The notes: generated by a model from the letters alone, not told the origin. Counted from the first letter of the whole stretch, positions 1-14,461 are shown. The stretch: DNA of 63,733 nucleotides, filler included, from Octopus bimaculoides (GCF_001194135.2; 6 parts of 6 records of this genome joined end to end with filler, not necessarily neighbours in it), one strand, 5' to 3'. Numbers and translations are program-made.

Positions 1-1120
1 TATATATATCCACCTCCTGTACCTCCCCCCTCTCCCCCTCCCTCTCCTTTCCATTCCTACCTCACTCCCTTCCATTCCCCCTCCTCCTAACCATCATCAC
101 CATTTAATGTCTATTGTTTTCCATGCTGGCATGGGTAAGATGGTTTAACTGGAACTGGTAGGCCAGAGAGCTGTACCATGCCCCAGAAAGCTTTGGCTTG
201 ATTTCTACGACTGGATGGGATGCCCTTCCTGATGCCAACCACTCCACTGCCCTCGTCAATGTTTCACTGATGTGCAGGGCACTTTGAGATGGCTCCTTTT
301 GATAGGTCCAGTGTCTGAGTCTTCACAACACTAACTCTAGTCCCTGTCTTGCAGCACTTGGCAGCAAAACCATTCAGTACACGCTAGAGATGACCCTCAG
401 CTGAGTCATGTAACACCATTTTACTGTTAGTCATTAACCAGAATTCATTACTAAATGTGAGCATGGTCCTGAAAACAGAAGATAGCGAGGTTAGCTTTCA
501 TACAAACCTTTCCTCTGTATCAAAAGCAAAAAGCTAAAACCTCTCCAAAAAGCACCCCCCGCCCACCAAAAAAAAAAAAAAAAACGGAAAAACTATAGAA
601 GACTAAGAAAAACAAAAAATGAAACAATACTTTGTTTCTGATTAAATTATTTTTTCAAAAATGCTGCAAATAGCTTCTATGGCAGACAAATATGATCCCT
701 CAATTTCAACATGAATATTCTTTATCAAAGCAAATATAGAAAATTGGTAGTGAATTAATTCCTTCCTTTAATTATATTGTCCTTCTTTTCGAGCAACAGG
801 AACATTTCTCTGCAGAAATTACTGTATTCAATTGCAAACAATAAATTATGGCAACAACAACAGCAGTAACAACAACAGCTACTACTACTACTACTACTAT
901 ACTAGTACAACTACCACTACTATAATAACAACACCAGCAGCAGATGTTGTAGTAGTAGTAGTAGATTGAAGACAATGTGGGAATTTCGCCAAAATCCACA
1001 GTGGACTGGAACTGTATAAACTGCATTTTGGGAGCTGATAGTCTATTTCCTTTTTCATCTCACTTACACGTACCACCCTAAACACACTCATATTTATACT
1101 CACACACACATACATGTCAT

Positions 1121-1163
<43 letters not shown>

Positions 1164-1477
1164 TAAGATGTTTTGTGAGTGCATTTGTCTCTATGTATTT
1201 CTTCTGATAGTATGTACACACACACACATGCACACACGTGCACATACACATATGCACACACACACACAAACACAGACAGACAGATAGACACATACACACA
1301 TACATAAATGTACATGTCTTTGTGTATGCGTATGTTTGCATATATACATACACACATGCACATAAGCCTACACACAAATATGTATATATATGTGTGTGTG
1401 TGTATGTGAGTGTGTGTGTATACATGAACACAAATAGATACACACACATACAGACACAGACAAATAGACAGACACCC

Positions 1478-1509
<32 letters not shown>

Positions 1510-2022
1510 TTATTTAAATATGTGTGAATTTGTGTTTATACATATACACATGCACTCATGCATACACACAGATATATACACATGTGTGTGTGTGTGTATG
1601 TGTACATAAACATACATATACATGTATACATAAACATGCATAAACACAAATAGATACACACACACATACACAGACTCAGACAGACACATAACAGACACAC
1701 ATGGACACACATTTATGAATGCCTTCATACAATACATATTCACAAAGCATGTTATGTACCATACTGATTCTGTTAAAAATCCAATTACTAGGAACACACA
1801 TTTACCCTTAATTGAAAATGAAAAAGGAGACCCAATATTAGCTGCTGACTGTGAATTTACCTAATTCTGTCTTTAGCTATTGAGATTCAATCTTTTCAGA
1901 ATGAGACAGAGAGAATGAAGGAGAAATTTAGTCCATGCATTGTTATTTGCAGAATAAAAATATGATTGAAAATGATATTTACTGTTGGAAAAAAATGTAT
2001 ATTCTCTTAAAATACACATGTT

Positions 2023-2056
<34 letters not shown>

Positions 2057-2329
2057 NNNNNNNNNNNNNNNNNNNNNNATATATATAATGTATATGTATG
2101 TATATATATATATACACACATACATATATATTGTATAATCTTCTCTGACAACAATGCTCCACTTAAATAAAAAGAAAAATTTTTCGTATAAAATTATGTA
2201 TGGAAAGATCATTGTATAACTTCCACTATGTTTAAATCTTTTCATGTAACACCTTAGAAAAGCATCATGAGTTGTGGAATCGTCACAGTTTCAGATTTTG
2301 AAATAGTTTTAGCCCTTGGATTTACATTT

Positions 2330-3130
2330 GGATAATCACTTTTTCCTTTTGCTTTTTTTGTTGGTGAAGTCAAGGCGAGTCACCTGGTTTCCTCAGTGCA
2401 CAAATGTCTGAGAGGGCAGTACCCATGTGGACAATTTTTTGTAGTTTTGATAGCTTGGAGTCATAGTGTTTAAAGCGCATTGTTTAAAGAGTATGATTTA
2501 GTATTGCTCCTTAAGCTCCGATGATCACAAGCACAGATCTCTATTCCAGGTCCTTATGTTTACTTAACTTACCAAATGCTTTAACAGGAGTATCACAGTC
2601 AGCTACGATTGATATATCTATGAGCAGACATGTTTGTGAATGTGATTTTTACCACAATGTCTGGTCTATTGTCCTGAATAGTTTTTCCAATTTGAATATT
2701 AAATTCCTAAAGAACAGTGATATCTTATTTTCTTCTGCTTATGTTCCCATCAGTTCTTATTATAAGAAAGTCCAGACTTACAGCATCTGCTCCAGTACAA
2801 ACACTGACCAAGTCTATCATGGTGATTAATATAGTCATTTCAGGCTAACATAGAACATCCAGAAATGAGGCGGTCAGTTGTTTCTCTGTCTGTACCACAA
2901 AAGTGGCAGCAGAATCAACACAATTTTTATGGATGTTTGCTTACCAGTTTCCGGTGGTCAAATAATGATCCTGAGCTACAATAATGAAACCTTCTGCTTT
3001 TAATTTAAGTCGAAATGCAGCCAACCATTGATGGATCAGTCGCTGGTCCTTGTATGATATTCATCATGTAATACTTTACTTTGCCATGTTTTTCACAGTA
3101 CTGAGTTTCTTTGAATATGTCTTGTGTTTC
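2330..3130 (-). mobile_element. Decayed RLE-type non-LTR retrotransposon (R4/Dong-like), C-terminal zinc knuckle + restriction-like endonuclease
   Basis: Minus-strand translation across stops and frameshifts gives AEGFIIVAQD, CHFCGTDRETTDRLISGC, HDRLGQCLYW, NRPDIVVK, CLLIDIS, KLSKHKDLE, VIIGA and LQKIVHMGTA. This is the motif order of R4/Dong-clade ORF C-termini. Confidence 0.8.
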
Positions 3131-3570
3131 TGAAGGTAATGTGGTGGATGAGATTGAAAGATGACAGATACCTTCCTCTTCGGCCAAGCTCTCACTGACA
3201 TTTTCAAGTTCTTCTTGAAAAGGAAAGGGAGGGTGGAGATGGAAGTACTGTCCCCCCCACCCCCACTAATATTTTTGTTAAAAGGCGGGTGAATGTGGTG
3301 AGGATGGCCCATGTGAATGGGCCAACTCTGAACATTCACTTGTAAACCGGAAGAGCTGAGAAGGAGAGCAGCAGCTGCTGATGTGCCTCTGGTGGTCAGG
3401 GTAACCAGGATGTATGGGGTTCCTTGGTTGTCTCTGTGAGGACAACCCCGACTTTGGGGGAATCTTTATTGTTTAATTTATTGTTAACTTTAATTGATAT
3501 TTATTTTATATATGATGTTGTGCCAAATCCAATTTGTCCCTTTTTTTGTTTTGTGGTCAACAAAGAAAAC
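3130..3570 (+). mobile_element. Tx1/L1-like LINE 3' fragment
   Basis: WWMRLK...GQALTDIFKFFLKRKGRVEMEVLS...FVKRRVNVVRMAHVNGPTL aligns by eye with the fragments at 8700-8992 and 42180-43545. Confidence 0.6.
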
Positions 3571-3613
3571 ATTATCATTATTATTATTGTTATTATTATG
3601 ATCATTATTATTA

Positions 3614-4100
3614 TTGAGTGAGAGAGCAGTGCATGCCATCAGACTAACTCTGGGGTAAAATGTATAAAACCTAATATACCCATCATGACTACCCGTCTGA
3701 TAAGGGTACACCAGGCACATCATAACCATATGTGCATGACATGGTGATCTCATATCAAGATTAACTGTGCATGACCTTGCAGGTGGGGTCCAGTTTGAAT
3801 TTTCTTCAGGTCGAGTAGCCCATCCCGTTGAAAAGGTCCCTGAATAAGGTTTGTTTTAGGATGTTGAGCAAAACACCCATGTTTCAAAAGGTGAATTATT
3901 CAAACCCCAAAGAATTCCTCTCGACACATGGCTGTGATGCTCCCCTACTACTTCTGCAGGTGATCAGAGATGCACATATCAGTCACCAAGAGACATGTTT
4001 AACTGGTTAAGGTGAAATAACTGACAAGCAAATCTGTGGTATTGAGCAAAATATTTGCTGTAGCCCATCTTTTTATACCAAGACAGAACAATGTACATTG
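3614..4100 (-). repeat. ~490-bp dispersed repeat ending in an (AAT)n tail; second copy at 33279-33770
   Basis: The two copies are collinear over the full length (ttgagtgagagagcagtgcatgccatc...aatgtacat), and both abut an ATT/ATG microsatellite. Confidence 0.85.
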
Positions 4101-4129
4101 TTATTCAGTGGTATCAAAAAAAGAAAAAA

Positions 4130-4659
4130 AAGGGCGGCAAGTTGGCAGAATCATTAGCACAGTGGGCAAGATGCTTAATAGCATTTCGTCTGTCTCTACA
4201 TTCTGAGTTCAAGTTATGCCAAGGTTGACTTTTCCTTTCATACTTCTGGGGTCAATAAAATAAGTACTAGTTGAACACCAAATGATTCTGTTGACAAGTA
4301 CCAACCACGTTCTTAGAAAACTCCACCAACTTAAATATTTGTTGTATTATATGATTGTATTCAGTGTTCAACATGGGCTGATTTAATCGATTTGGCCCCT
4401 TCTCCAAAACTGCCGGCCTTGTGCCAAAATATGAAACCATCATCATCATCATTATTATTATTATGAAGGTGGTGAGATGGCAGAGTGGTTAGCACATTGT
4501 GCAAAATGCTTAGTAGCATTTTGTCTGTCTTCCTGTTCTGACATCAAATTCTGCCAAGGTCAACTTTGCCTTTCATCTTTTCAGGGTTGATAAAAATAAG
4601 TACCAGTTAAGCACAGGAGTTGATATAATCAACTTACCCAACTCCCCAAAATTGCTGGC

Positions 4660-4665
<6 letters not shown>
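4130..4665 (+). mobile_element. Two tandem SINE-like copies, family B (working name)
   Basis: Head ggcagaatcattagcac...aaatgcttag, core ttctgagttcaa...ctttcatc...ggggtc/tgataaaataagtac, and an (ATT)n tail. Confidence 0.75.
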
Positions 4666-4704
<39 letters not shown>

Positions 4705-5065
4705 CATTATTATTATTTTAATGATTTTTATTACATGTTTTATTGTTATAATTTATTGCTTCTTTTATTAATTTTAATATTTTTCTTTTTCTTTCTTGTG
4801 ATTTTCGTTGTTGTGATTTATATTTTTATGAATTATTAATCAGTTTTTCTTTATTTTATTTCAGCTTTTTTTCTTTTAATGATATTTTAAAATCTATTTT
4901 ATTATCATTTTATTACCCAAATTATTTTATCATCACTTTATTATTCCTATTTGATTGGTATGATTTGTAGAAATTATTTTTTAATGATTTGTAAAAATTC
5001 CTTTTTTATTTTTATAATTAAGAGTTCTATTTTTGTTTAGTTAATTATTTATTTGTTTGTATTAT

Positions 5066-5253
5066 TTCTTCTTCTTCTTCTTCTTCTTCTTCTTGTTGTT
5101 CTTGTTCTTGTTGTTCTTGTTCTTGTTGTTCTTGTTCTTGTTGTTCTTGTTCTTGTTGTTCTTGTTCTTGTTGTTCTTGTTCTTGTTGTTCTTGTTCTTG
5201 TTCTTGTTGTTGTTGTTGTTGTTGTTGTTGTTCTTCTTCTTCTTCTTCTTCTT

Positions 5254-5284
<31 letters not shown>

Positions 5285-5332
5285 TTATTATTATTATTAT
5301 CATCATTATTATTATTATTATTATTCATATAC
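5066..5332. repeat. Compound microsatellite (CTT)n / 15-bp higher-order unit / (GTT)n / (CTT)n / (ATT)n
   Basis: Directly visible. It explains the poly-K/N/R/L ORFs in the track. Confidence 0.95.
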
Positions 5333-5675
5333 ACACAACAGATTAGTCTGTTGGAAAAGAAAAACTCCTAACATTGGACTACAACAAGTAACCTTAGATG
5401 CCAAGAACCCTCCGAAGTATCCTAGCTGACCCTACCAAGACTGATAGAGATTGATAGAGTACGTACCAGATGTCAAAAAAAATTAAACATGGCTGTGTGG
5501 TAAGAAGTTTGCTTCCCAACTACATGGTTCCAGTTTCCATCCCACTGAATGACATTTCAGGCAAACATCTTCTGCTGTAGCCTCAGGCCAACCAAAGCGT
5601 TCTAAGCGGATTTGGCAGACGGAAACTGAAGGAAGCCCATTATTATTTGATTGAATGCTACGCATCCATTTCCAA

Positions 5676-5715
<40 letters not shown>

Positions 5716-6035
5716 TCAATGAGTTTCTTTATATATGTGTGTGTGTGTGTGTATGTTTGTGCTTGTATTTATCTCCCACCACTACTTGACAACTGGTCTT
5801 GGTATGTTTACATCCCTATATTCTAGCAGTTTGGCCAAAGAGACTGATAGAATAAAAACTAGGCTTTAAAAAATTCATAAGCACTAGGGTCGATCCATTT
5901 CACTAAAAAAAATTCAAGGTGGTGCTCCAGAATGGCCGACCACAATCTAATGACTGAAACATGAAAATGCACACACACACACACACACACATGTATGTAT
6001 GTATTTATTTATGTATGTATGTATGTATGTATATA

Positions 6036-6155
6036 TGGTTCCGGGTTCAGTCCCACTGCGTGGCACCTTGGGCAAGTGTCTTCTACTATAGCCGCGGGCT
6101 GACCAAAGCCTTGTGAGTGGATTTGGTAGACGGAAACTGAAAGAAGCCTGTCGTA

Positions 6156-6220
<65 letters not shown>

Positions 6221-6420
6221 TTGTGTGTCTGTGTTTGTCCCCCCAACATCGCTTCACAACTGATGCTGGTGTGTTTATGTCCCCGTAACTTAGCGGTTCG
6301 GCAAAAAGGGGCCGATAGAATAAGTACTAGGCTTACAAAGAATAAGTCCTGGGGTCGATTTTCTCAACTAAAGGCGGTGCTCCAGCATGGCCACAGTCAA
6401 GTGACTGAAACAAGTAAGAG
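6036..6420 (+). mobile_element. SINE-like family A (working name) with internal (AT)n(GT)n and 3' tail ggcggtgctccagcatggccacagtc...tgactgaaac
   Basis: B-box-like ggttcagtcccac, then gcaccttgggcaagtgtcttctactatagc, an internal microsatellite and a conserved tail. Further copies or fragments lie at about 5488-5960, 13430-13560, 18415-18600, 30600-31020(-), 47810-47990(-), 48275-48625, 49845-50265 and 54835-54960(-). Confidence 0.8.
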
Positions 6421-6636
6421 AGGATATGTATGTGTGTAGTTTAACAAAGGAGCATGTTTTCTTCAATGTCTTCCATCTCTCTCATAAACCATTTTTTTGC
6501 TTTTTACTGGAGAAATATCATTCCTCGTTTATCATCAAATAATTGAGTTAATGTGTCGGCGGATCCACCCACGTAGACACCCACAGACACACTCATACTC
6601 ACACATACATACACATTCGCATCACACACATTGATA

Positions 6637-6679
<43 letters not shown>

Positions 6680-6802
6680 GCACACACACACACATACATG
6701 AGACACATGTACACTCACAAAAAGACCATACATAAACACATAGATACATACATACTAACAGACACACTTAGACAAACATACATACACACACATACATGCA
6801 TG

Positions 6803-6833
<31 letters not shown>

Positions 6834-6979
6834 TTACAAACATAGATGCATACATATTCTCTGACACAGAAACCATATACAGATACACAAACACAAACTT
6901 ATATACGAGCACATGCACACACGCACACACACACAAGACACCTAGATATACACACACAAAATCATATCCAAACACACAA

Positions 6980-7010
<31 letters not shown>

Positions 7011-7340
7011 AAAAATAGACGCATACTTATTCACTGACATATATAGATAGACATACATAAACTCATATACAGACACACAAGCACATACAAAAACACACAC
7101 ACACACGCATACACACACAAAACATCTACATATACGCACATAGAAAACCATATCCAAACACACATACATACATACTGTCAGACTTACATATACATACATA
7201 CACACATGCATATATACACACACACATGCATACATACATATACGGATACACACATACGTATATAAACAAACATAGACGCATACTTATTCACCGACACAGA
7301 AACCATATACCGATAGAGACACACACAAACACGCATACAG

Positions 7341-7391
<51 letters not shown>

Positions 7392-7962
7392 CATCTAAAT
7401 ACACATGAAAGAAGTCAATTATTTTACATCTTCACATGATTTTCATCTCGATGTTATCTTGACAAAGATATTTGCTGTTCAGAGAACTTTCTTTGATCAT
7501 TCCCAGCAAATATGGTTTTTCATATTTAGCATAGAATATTCTGACTATACATGTTCACAGCTCAGCTTCTCTTGAGAACATTCATTTCTATTAGATTATA
7601 AGACAAAAAAAGAAAAACAATCTCATATTGCAAGATGGCTGGTGGTGCTGTGTGCATATGTGCATATGTGCATGTGTATGTGTGTGTGTGTATTTTTATG
7701 TCTGCTTCTGTTTTTCATTTATGGATTGTTGGTCTTTTACAAAAGAAGAATACATTATGTCGCTTTCACACCTTCTCTTTTACTCTCTATTTCCCTCCTT
7801 TCTTTCTTTCTTTCTTTCTCTCTCTGCACACACATATATATATGGTTTTGATGTTTGTGCTTAAATGTACATATATATAAGTACACATATGTTTACGGAC
7901 ATCATAAGTGTATGCAAATATATGTGTATGTGTATATATATATATAAACCTATGCGTGTGTG

Positions 7963-8000
<38 letters not shown>

Positions 8001-8112
8001 TATGTGTATCTATCTATAGGGAGAATTCATACAAAAACAAAATAACAAAACAAGTGNNNNNNNNNNAAAAACAAAATAACAAAACAAGTGACATATATAT
8101 ATATATATATAT

Positions 8113-8179
<67 letters not shown>

Positions 8180-8380
8180 CATATACACACACATAGATAT
8201 ATACATACATATATATATACCTACTTATATATGCATCTACCTATCTTCTGTCTATTTTATCTATATAACTATTATATCCTCCTCCTCTTCCTCCTCCTCC
8301 TCCTATCATCATCATCATCAACATCGTCATCGTCACCACAACTGCATCCTGTGTCCATGCAACGCAATTATCTCCTAGGT

Positions 8381-8689
8381 CAGTGGTTCCCAAAGTAAGC
8401 GTTACTGCCTCTCTGGGGGGAACGGTGGGAAGATCCGAGGGTGGGACGTTGAAGAAAAGTGGGGGGCGATAATGGGGTGGCGATAATGGGGTGGCGATAA
8501 TGGATGTAAAAACAACAAAATAACGGGTTAATTAATTTAAGTTTTATTTGTGAAATATGGTTATTCTGAATTTACTGCAGAAAGTGGGGTCTATGGTTGT
8601 GGTGGTGAGTCTGGATGGGTGGGGAAGCATTAGGAATGTGGCCCAGTTGTGAAGTGGGGTGCTAGCCCGAAGAAGTTTGAGAACCAACA
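8381..8689. mobile_element. hAT (Charlie/MER5-like) MITE
   Basis: Termini are cagtggttcccaaa...tttgagaaccaaca. The 8-bp TSD is tcctaggt (8373-8380) / tcctaggc (8690-8697). An internal ggcgataatgg(ggt) unit is repeated three times. Confidence 0.75.
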
Positions 8690-8699
8690 TCCTAGGCTA

Positions 8700-8992
8700 T
8701 TAAACAATTGATAGACAAACTGTCTGCCCATGCTTTCATACAGGTGCAGAAAAAGGTGACACTTGTGGGACAAATCTGGTTGTCAACTGAGTCTATCGTA
8801 GATATTATCCTGCCACCTTCCTTTAAGGCAAGGCAGTTTTCATCGTACTGGTGGCTTTGGCGAAAGAATGTGTATGGTGGACTCGTTTGAAAGGCTTAGA
8901 GACAAATACTTTATTCTCTGGCCAAGCTCTCATCAACTTTTTCAAGTATTACTTGAAAATAACAGTGAGAGCAGAGAGGGAAGTTTTGTCTA
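8700..8992 (+). mobile_element. Tx1/L1-like LINE fragment
   Basis: VGQIWLSTESIV and LAKECVWWTRLKGL...GQALINFFKYYLK; the first motif is shared with 42470-42706(-). Confidence 0.65.
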
Positions 8993-9644
8993 ATGACCAC
9001 CACCACCATTTTCCTCATTCATCACCACTACCACCCTCACCACTATTATCACCATGACTACGATGAAGACGACGACAATGACGATGACAACCTCCATGAC
9101 GATGATGACAACGACAACGACCACCACCACCACCACCACCACCACCACCACTGTCACCACTACTATAATCACTATCACCACCACACCCACACCACCATTG
9201 CCATTGCTACCACCACCACCCGTCACCCTCACCGCACCACCGTCCACCATATCTGTCTGTTTAAGACAATAGGCAGGAAATTTTTTCAATGGAGTGCAAA
9301 GACAGGTAATCAATGCTTGAAGAACAACAATAATGGTTAATGAGGGAGAAAAGTGGTTATGAGGAAATGTCTGAGATAGTAAGGTACCGTATTCAAATAC
9401 ATTTGACTATTTTATTTTGTCATTCTTCCTTCTTTTCCTTTCTTTGTTCTCGATTCAAATTTCTTTGGCATAGAGGTTGTCTTTCATTCATTTGGTTTTG
9501 GTTTTAAGGGATTTGACAAAAATTTTGATTAAATACATTGGAATTGAGGAATTGCCCCATACACATACACACACATGTATATATATATATGTGTGTGTAT
9601 CTATCTATCTATATATCTATATATCTATCTATCTATCATCATCA

Positions 9645-9850
9645 TCATAATCGTTTAACATCCGTTTTCCATGCTGGCATGGGTTGGACGGTTTGACTGA
9701 GGACTGGCAAGCCAGAAGGCTGTACCAGGCTCCAATCTGATCTGGCAAGGTTTCTACAGCTGGATGCCCTTCCTATTGCCAACCACTCCGAGAGCGTAGT
9801 GGGTGCTTTTTATGTGCCACTGGTACTAGGGCCAGTCTGGCAGTACTACC
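9645..9850 (+). mobile_element. SINE-like family C (working name; ggatgcccttcct.a.gccaaccact motif)
   Basis: Same sequence at about 95-250(+), 10915-11215(-), 46735-47045(+), 53035-53235(-) and 53880-54030(+). Confidence 0.8.
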
Positions 9851-11273
9851 ATGTATGTATGTATGTATGTATGTATGTATCTATTTATCTATCTATATGT
9901 GTGTGAAGGCCTTATTTCCATATACGCCAGCTTAATTTTATTCGTCCTNNNNNNNNNNNNNNNNNNNNNNNNNNNNNNNNNNNNNNNNNNNNNNNNNNNN
10001 NNNNNNNNNNNNNNNNNNNNNNNNNNNNNNNNNNNNNNNNNNNNNNNNNNNNNNNNNNNNNNNNNNNNNNNNNNNNNNNNNNNNNNNNNNNNNNNNNNNN
10101 NNNNNNNNNNNNNNNNNNNNNNNNNNNNNNNNNNNNNNNNNNNNNNNNNNNNNNNNNNNNNNNNNNNNNNNNNNNNNNNNNNNNNNNNNNNNNNNNNNNN
10201 NNNNNNNNNNNNNNNNNNNNNNNNNNNNNNNNNNNNNNNNNNNNNNNNNNNNNNNNNNNNNNNNNNNNNNNNNNNNNNNNNNNNNNNNNNNNNNNNNNNN
10301 NNNNNNNNNNNNNNNNNNNNNNNNNNNNNNNNNNNNNNNNNNNNNNNNNNNNNNNNNNNNNNNNNNNNNNNNNNNNNNNNNNNNNNNNNNNNNNNNNNNN
10401 NNNNNNNNNNNNNNNNNNNNNNNNNNNNNNNNNNNNNNNNNNNNNNNNNNNNNNNNNNNNNNNNNNNNNNNNNNNNNNNNNNNNNNNNNNNNNNNATATA
10501 TATATATATATATACACACATGTATACATATATACCTACTCACAAAACCCATTTATGTCTATCTTTCTTTCTCTATAGACACATTTACAATATGAAAAAA
10601 TCATTCAAAATGCAGCCTGGATTTACCTGGGATTTTAACTAAGGACCTCTACCTTTGAGGAAGTACCAACTAACATCCATATCCTCTGGAAAAAGATGAG
10701 TTGTGAACATTATTCTCCCACCTATATTCTAACTACCTTTATTCTTTATTCTTCTGTTTTATTCCTTATGGGCTATCCATGAATCTACTCTATAGAAAGA
10801 CACCCATCTCTCTCCTTTTATACCTTTAATCCCTCAACTGGCACAATGCTTTTCCCAACTCAGTACTACTTGCCTCTCTCAGTTGAGGTGTGTTTGCCTT
10901 GCAAGGTACTTGATGACCCTGTCAGTGCTGGTGTCACATAAAATGCACAGGTGCTGGTGTCACATAAAATGCATAGGTGTTAGTGTTACATAAAAAGCAC
11001 TGGTGTTGGTGCCACTGCAAGAAAACATTGGTGCTGGTGCCATGTAAAAATCACTCAGTACACTCCGTAAAGTGGTTGACATTAGGAAGGGCTTACAGCC
11101 ATAGGGACTGTGTCAAAACAGACAATGGAACCTGGTGCAGCTCCTGGCTTTACCAGCTTCTCCTGTTAAATCATCAAAATGCCAACAGGGAAAGGAAAGT
11201 GGGCGTTAAATGATGATGATAATGATGATGATGATATATATATATATATATACATACACTCACACACACACAG

Positions 11274-11329
<56 letters not shown>

Positions 11330-11949
11330 TCAATTCAAGGATATCTTATCCTCATTAGGGATTAATTGATCTAAACTTTCACTGGTTTAATCTCCATCAC
11401 ATTAGACAAGAATTTCTACATTGTGTCATGGATTATAATAGGTGAAATTAATAATATAAGAAAATGGAGGGTTAAAGATGTATAGATAATTTATTTGCAT
11501 CATAGTATGTTATTAAGATTTAAATACAAATAATTTTTTTTATGAAACACAATAGAAAACTCAAAAACCTACATATGTTTTGATTCTAGCCCCTTGGTAA
11601 TGCATAATTCAAAACGTTTATGAATTTGAATTCCTACAAGTAAGATGTAACCTTTTGTTATAATTAAAACAAAATCCCTGAAAAGATTCTACCCCTTACA
11701 ACTTAAATCCTTAACATTGGATTTAACCCTGAAGAGATTCTACCCCTTACAATTTAAATTTTTAACATTGGATTAAACCTATATGTTTTGAATGATGTAT
11801 TACCAAAACCTTAAAAACAAACACTGATGAAAGTAAATTAAATATACATCTTTAGTTCTCTATTTTCTTATATATATGTGTGTGTGAAGATATGTATACA
11901 CGTATATATATATAGATATATATATGTGTGTGTGTGTGTATGTTTATAC

Positions 11950-12125
11950 TCATTGCTAAGTGATTCTTCTGCAAGTTTTTCTCTTGAAAGATGGATGGCA
12001 TTGGTAATATCTTGGCACAAAACCAAACTGTTTCTCATCTTGACTTATTCAGTTCCTAATCAATTGTGCCATAAATCATTCTGTTTCTTTCATCATTTCT
12101 TGCAATAATTTGATGCCTCTGTAAT
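11950..12125 (-). mobile_element. RTE-clade reverse transcriptase fragment
   Basis: RGIKLLQEMMKETE*FMAQLIRN*ISQDEKQFGFVP, followed after a frameshift by TNAI; this matches RGIKLL...QFGF.PG..TTDAI. Confidence 0.65.
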
Positions 12126-13632
12126 TTTTTTGCTCTGGGGGCACCCCCTTTGCCCTTGCACTAGTTTATAATAATATGGCTACACCAGTAATTGATATAT
12201 AAACATTTGTATGAACATATAGATATAAACACACACACACATACACACACACATATTTTGTGTGTGTGTGTGTGTGTGTATTTGATAGGCATGTGGTTTA
12301 TATGTATAGTGATTTGTTGTTTATTTATATATTTAATAATTGAGGTTCATCTATGTTTCAAGATCATGAATTTTATATGATGATAAATGGTCTTACCGAT
12401 AAAGGTTTTTTTCATACTGAACTACTTGGCAAAATTGTTTATTATTAATTGACGATTCCCTGCCCTCATTTCTTGTATATTTTATATTTGATATCTCTAA
12501 GTTAGATGGTTAAACCGTAATCCATCCACACGGGACTTCTTTTCATACGGGACTATTTGTGACGCACATGGAATGGATTTCTTTGGGGTGGGATGCCTGA
12601 ACTCGCTAGCCGATGAATTCGTAAGTGCCTTTCTTATCGTTGATTTTTGGTGTCGCATGGCCAAGGATTACCGTGAATTTTTTTAGAGACACTTTCAAAT
12701 TTATCAGAATATTTGGGCTGAAGATTGGAATAGTGAAATTTTCATTCACTTAACCATGNNNNNNNNNNNNNNNNNNNNNNNNNNNNNNNNNNNNNNNNNN
12801 NNNNNNNNNNNNNNNNNNNNNNNNNNNNNNNNNNNNNNNNNNNNNNNNNNNNNNNNNNNNNNNNNNNNNNNNNNNNNNNNNNNNNNNNNNNNNNNNNNNN
12901 NNNNNNNNNNNNNNNNNNNNNNNNNNNNNNNNNNNNNNNNNNNNNNNNNNNNNNNNNNNNNNNNNNNNNNNNNNNNNNNNNNNNNNNNNNNNNNNNNNNN
13001 NNNNNNNNNNNNNNNNNNNNNNNNNNNNNNNNNNNNNNNNNNNNNNNNNNNNNNNNNNNNNNNNNNNNNNNNNNNNNNNNNNNNNNNNNNNNNNNNNNNN
13101 NNNNNNNNNNNNNNNNNNNNNNNNNNNNNNNNNNNNNNNNNNNNNNNNNNNNNNNNNNNNNNNNNNNNNNNNNNNNNNNNNNNNNNNNNNNNNNNNNNTA
13201 TATATATATATATATATATATCTGTAAATATAAATATATACATATACATATATATGTGAAGGCACATGGCCTAGTGGTTAGAGCAATGGACTCGCGGTCA
13301 AGGGATCCGCTAACCAACTGCACTGAGCTGGTATATTTTTTTACTGATTCCCAAATGGGTAAAAGCCAAAGCTGCCCTTGCTGATATTTGAACTCGAAGT
13401 GCAGAGAATCAATGCAAATAAACACAAGACGCTGGTATGGCCGTGTAGTTAAGAACCTTGCTTGCTGACCATGTGGCCTCCAGTTCAATCCTACTATGTA
13501 GCACCTTGGGCAACTGTCTTCTACTGTTGCCTCAGGCTGATCAAAGACGTGTGTGAAAATTTGGCAATATATATACGCATACACACATATTTGTTTATTT
13601 ATATATATCTATGTACATACATATATACATAC

Positions 13633-13667
<35 letters not shown>

Positions 13668-14418
13668 CTTGGAACAGGAAATTGTGCAGTGAACTTCATT
13701 AGCTTACAACTGTTTCTGCTCTGAGGTGCAATGCATTCAGAACTGAGTGCTTGTCAATCACCCTAAGTTCATATTTATGTTCTGTTTACCCAACCAGGGC
13801 TTCATTCTGAAGCAAATGTATATTGAGTTCTACGCATAAACAAAACATTAGAATGCAACACACACACACACACACACACAGACACACAGACACACACACA
13901 CACATGTATGCATACATAATACATACATATATAAGTTTCTTACTGAGGTTCAAAGGATACATATATAGCATAAATAATTTGGATGGTGGAATATTCATGG
14001 CCTTCCAAGTGAACTAAAGACTTAAATCACAGTTATTTACAGTCATGTAAAGTCACTATGCTATTTTCATATGCAGCCACTCTTAAAATGTTTTTTCTCC
14101 TTCTGACAATCAAAAAACTTCAGGAGAATAACTTAGACTAGGGACATTGCGTTTTGAGTGTCTAACTTTAAATTCTGCAGTTTTTGTGGGCAGCTGTTTG
14201 CCTTGCCCTGAGTTTTTGTCTTTATTCTCTGTCATCTATGGTTACCCGATTGTATAGGATTGTGTACAAGGTTTTGGATTATATTGTTGTAGATGAATAA
14301 ATACAATTACATGTTGGTCCCTCTATCTATTTGTTTATCTGTCTCTTTGTCTCTACATCAAACCATCTATTGAGTTTTTTTAATCTATCTGCCTGTCTAT
14401 CTTCTCATCCATCCATCC

Positions 14419-14461
<43 letters not shown>

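Noticed and set aside
9697-9720. CTGAGGA-CTGGC-AA-GCCAG-AAG in family C as a hammerhead
   Set aside because: It has GAAG instead of GAAA, and helices I and III cannot be formed.
12390-12740. Possible decayed Penelope GIY-YIG fragment (minus strand; ALTNS, FIGKT)
   Set aside because: Only two short motifs in different frames; not enough to call.
13258-13310. tRNA gene
   Set aside because: Only the 5' half of a tRNA-like SINE head is present, with no T-arm or acceptor stem.
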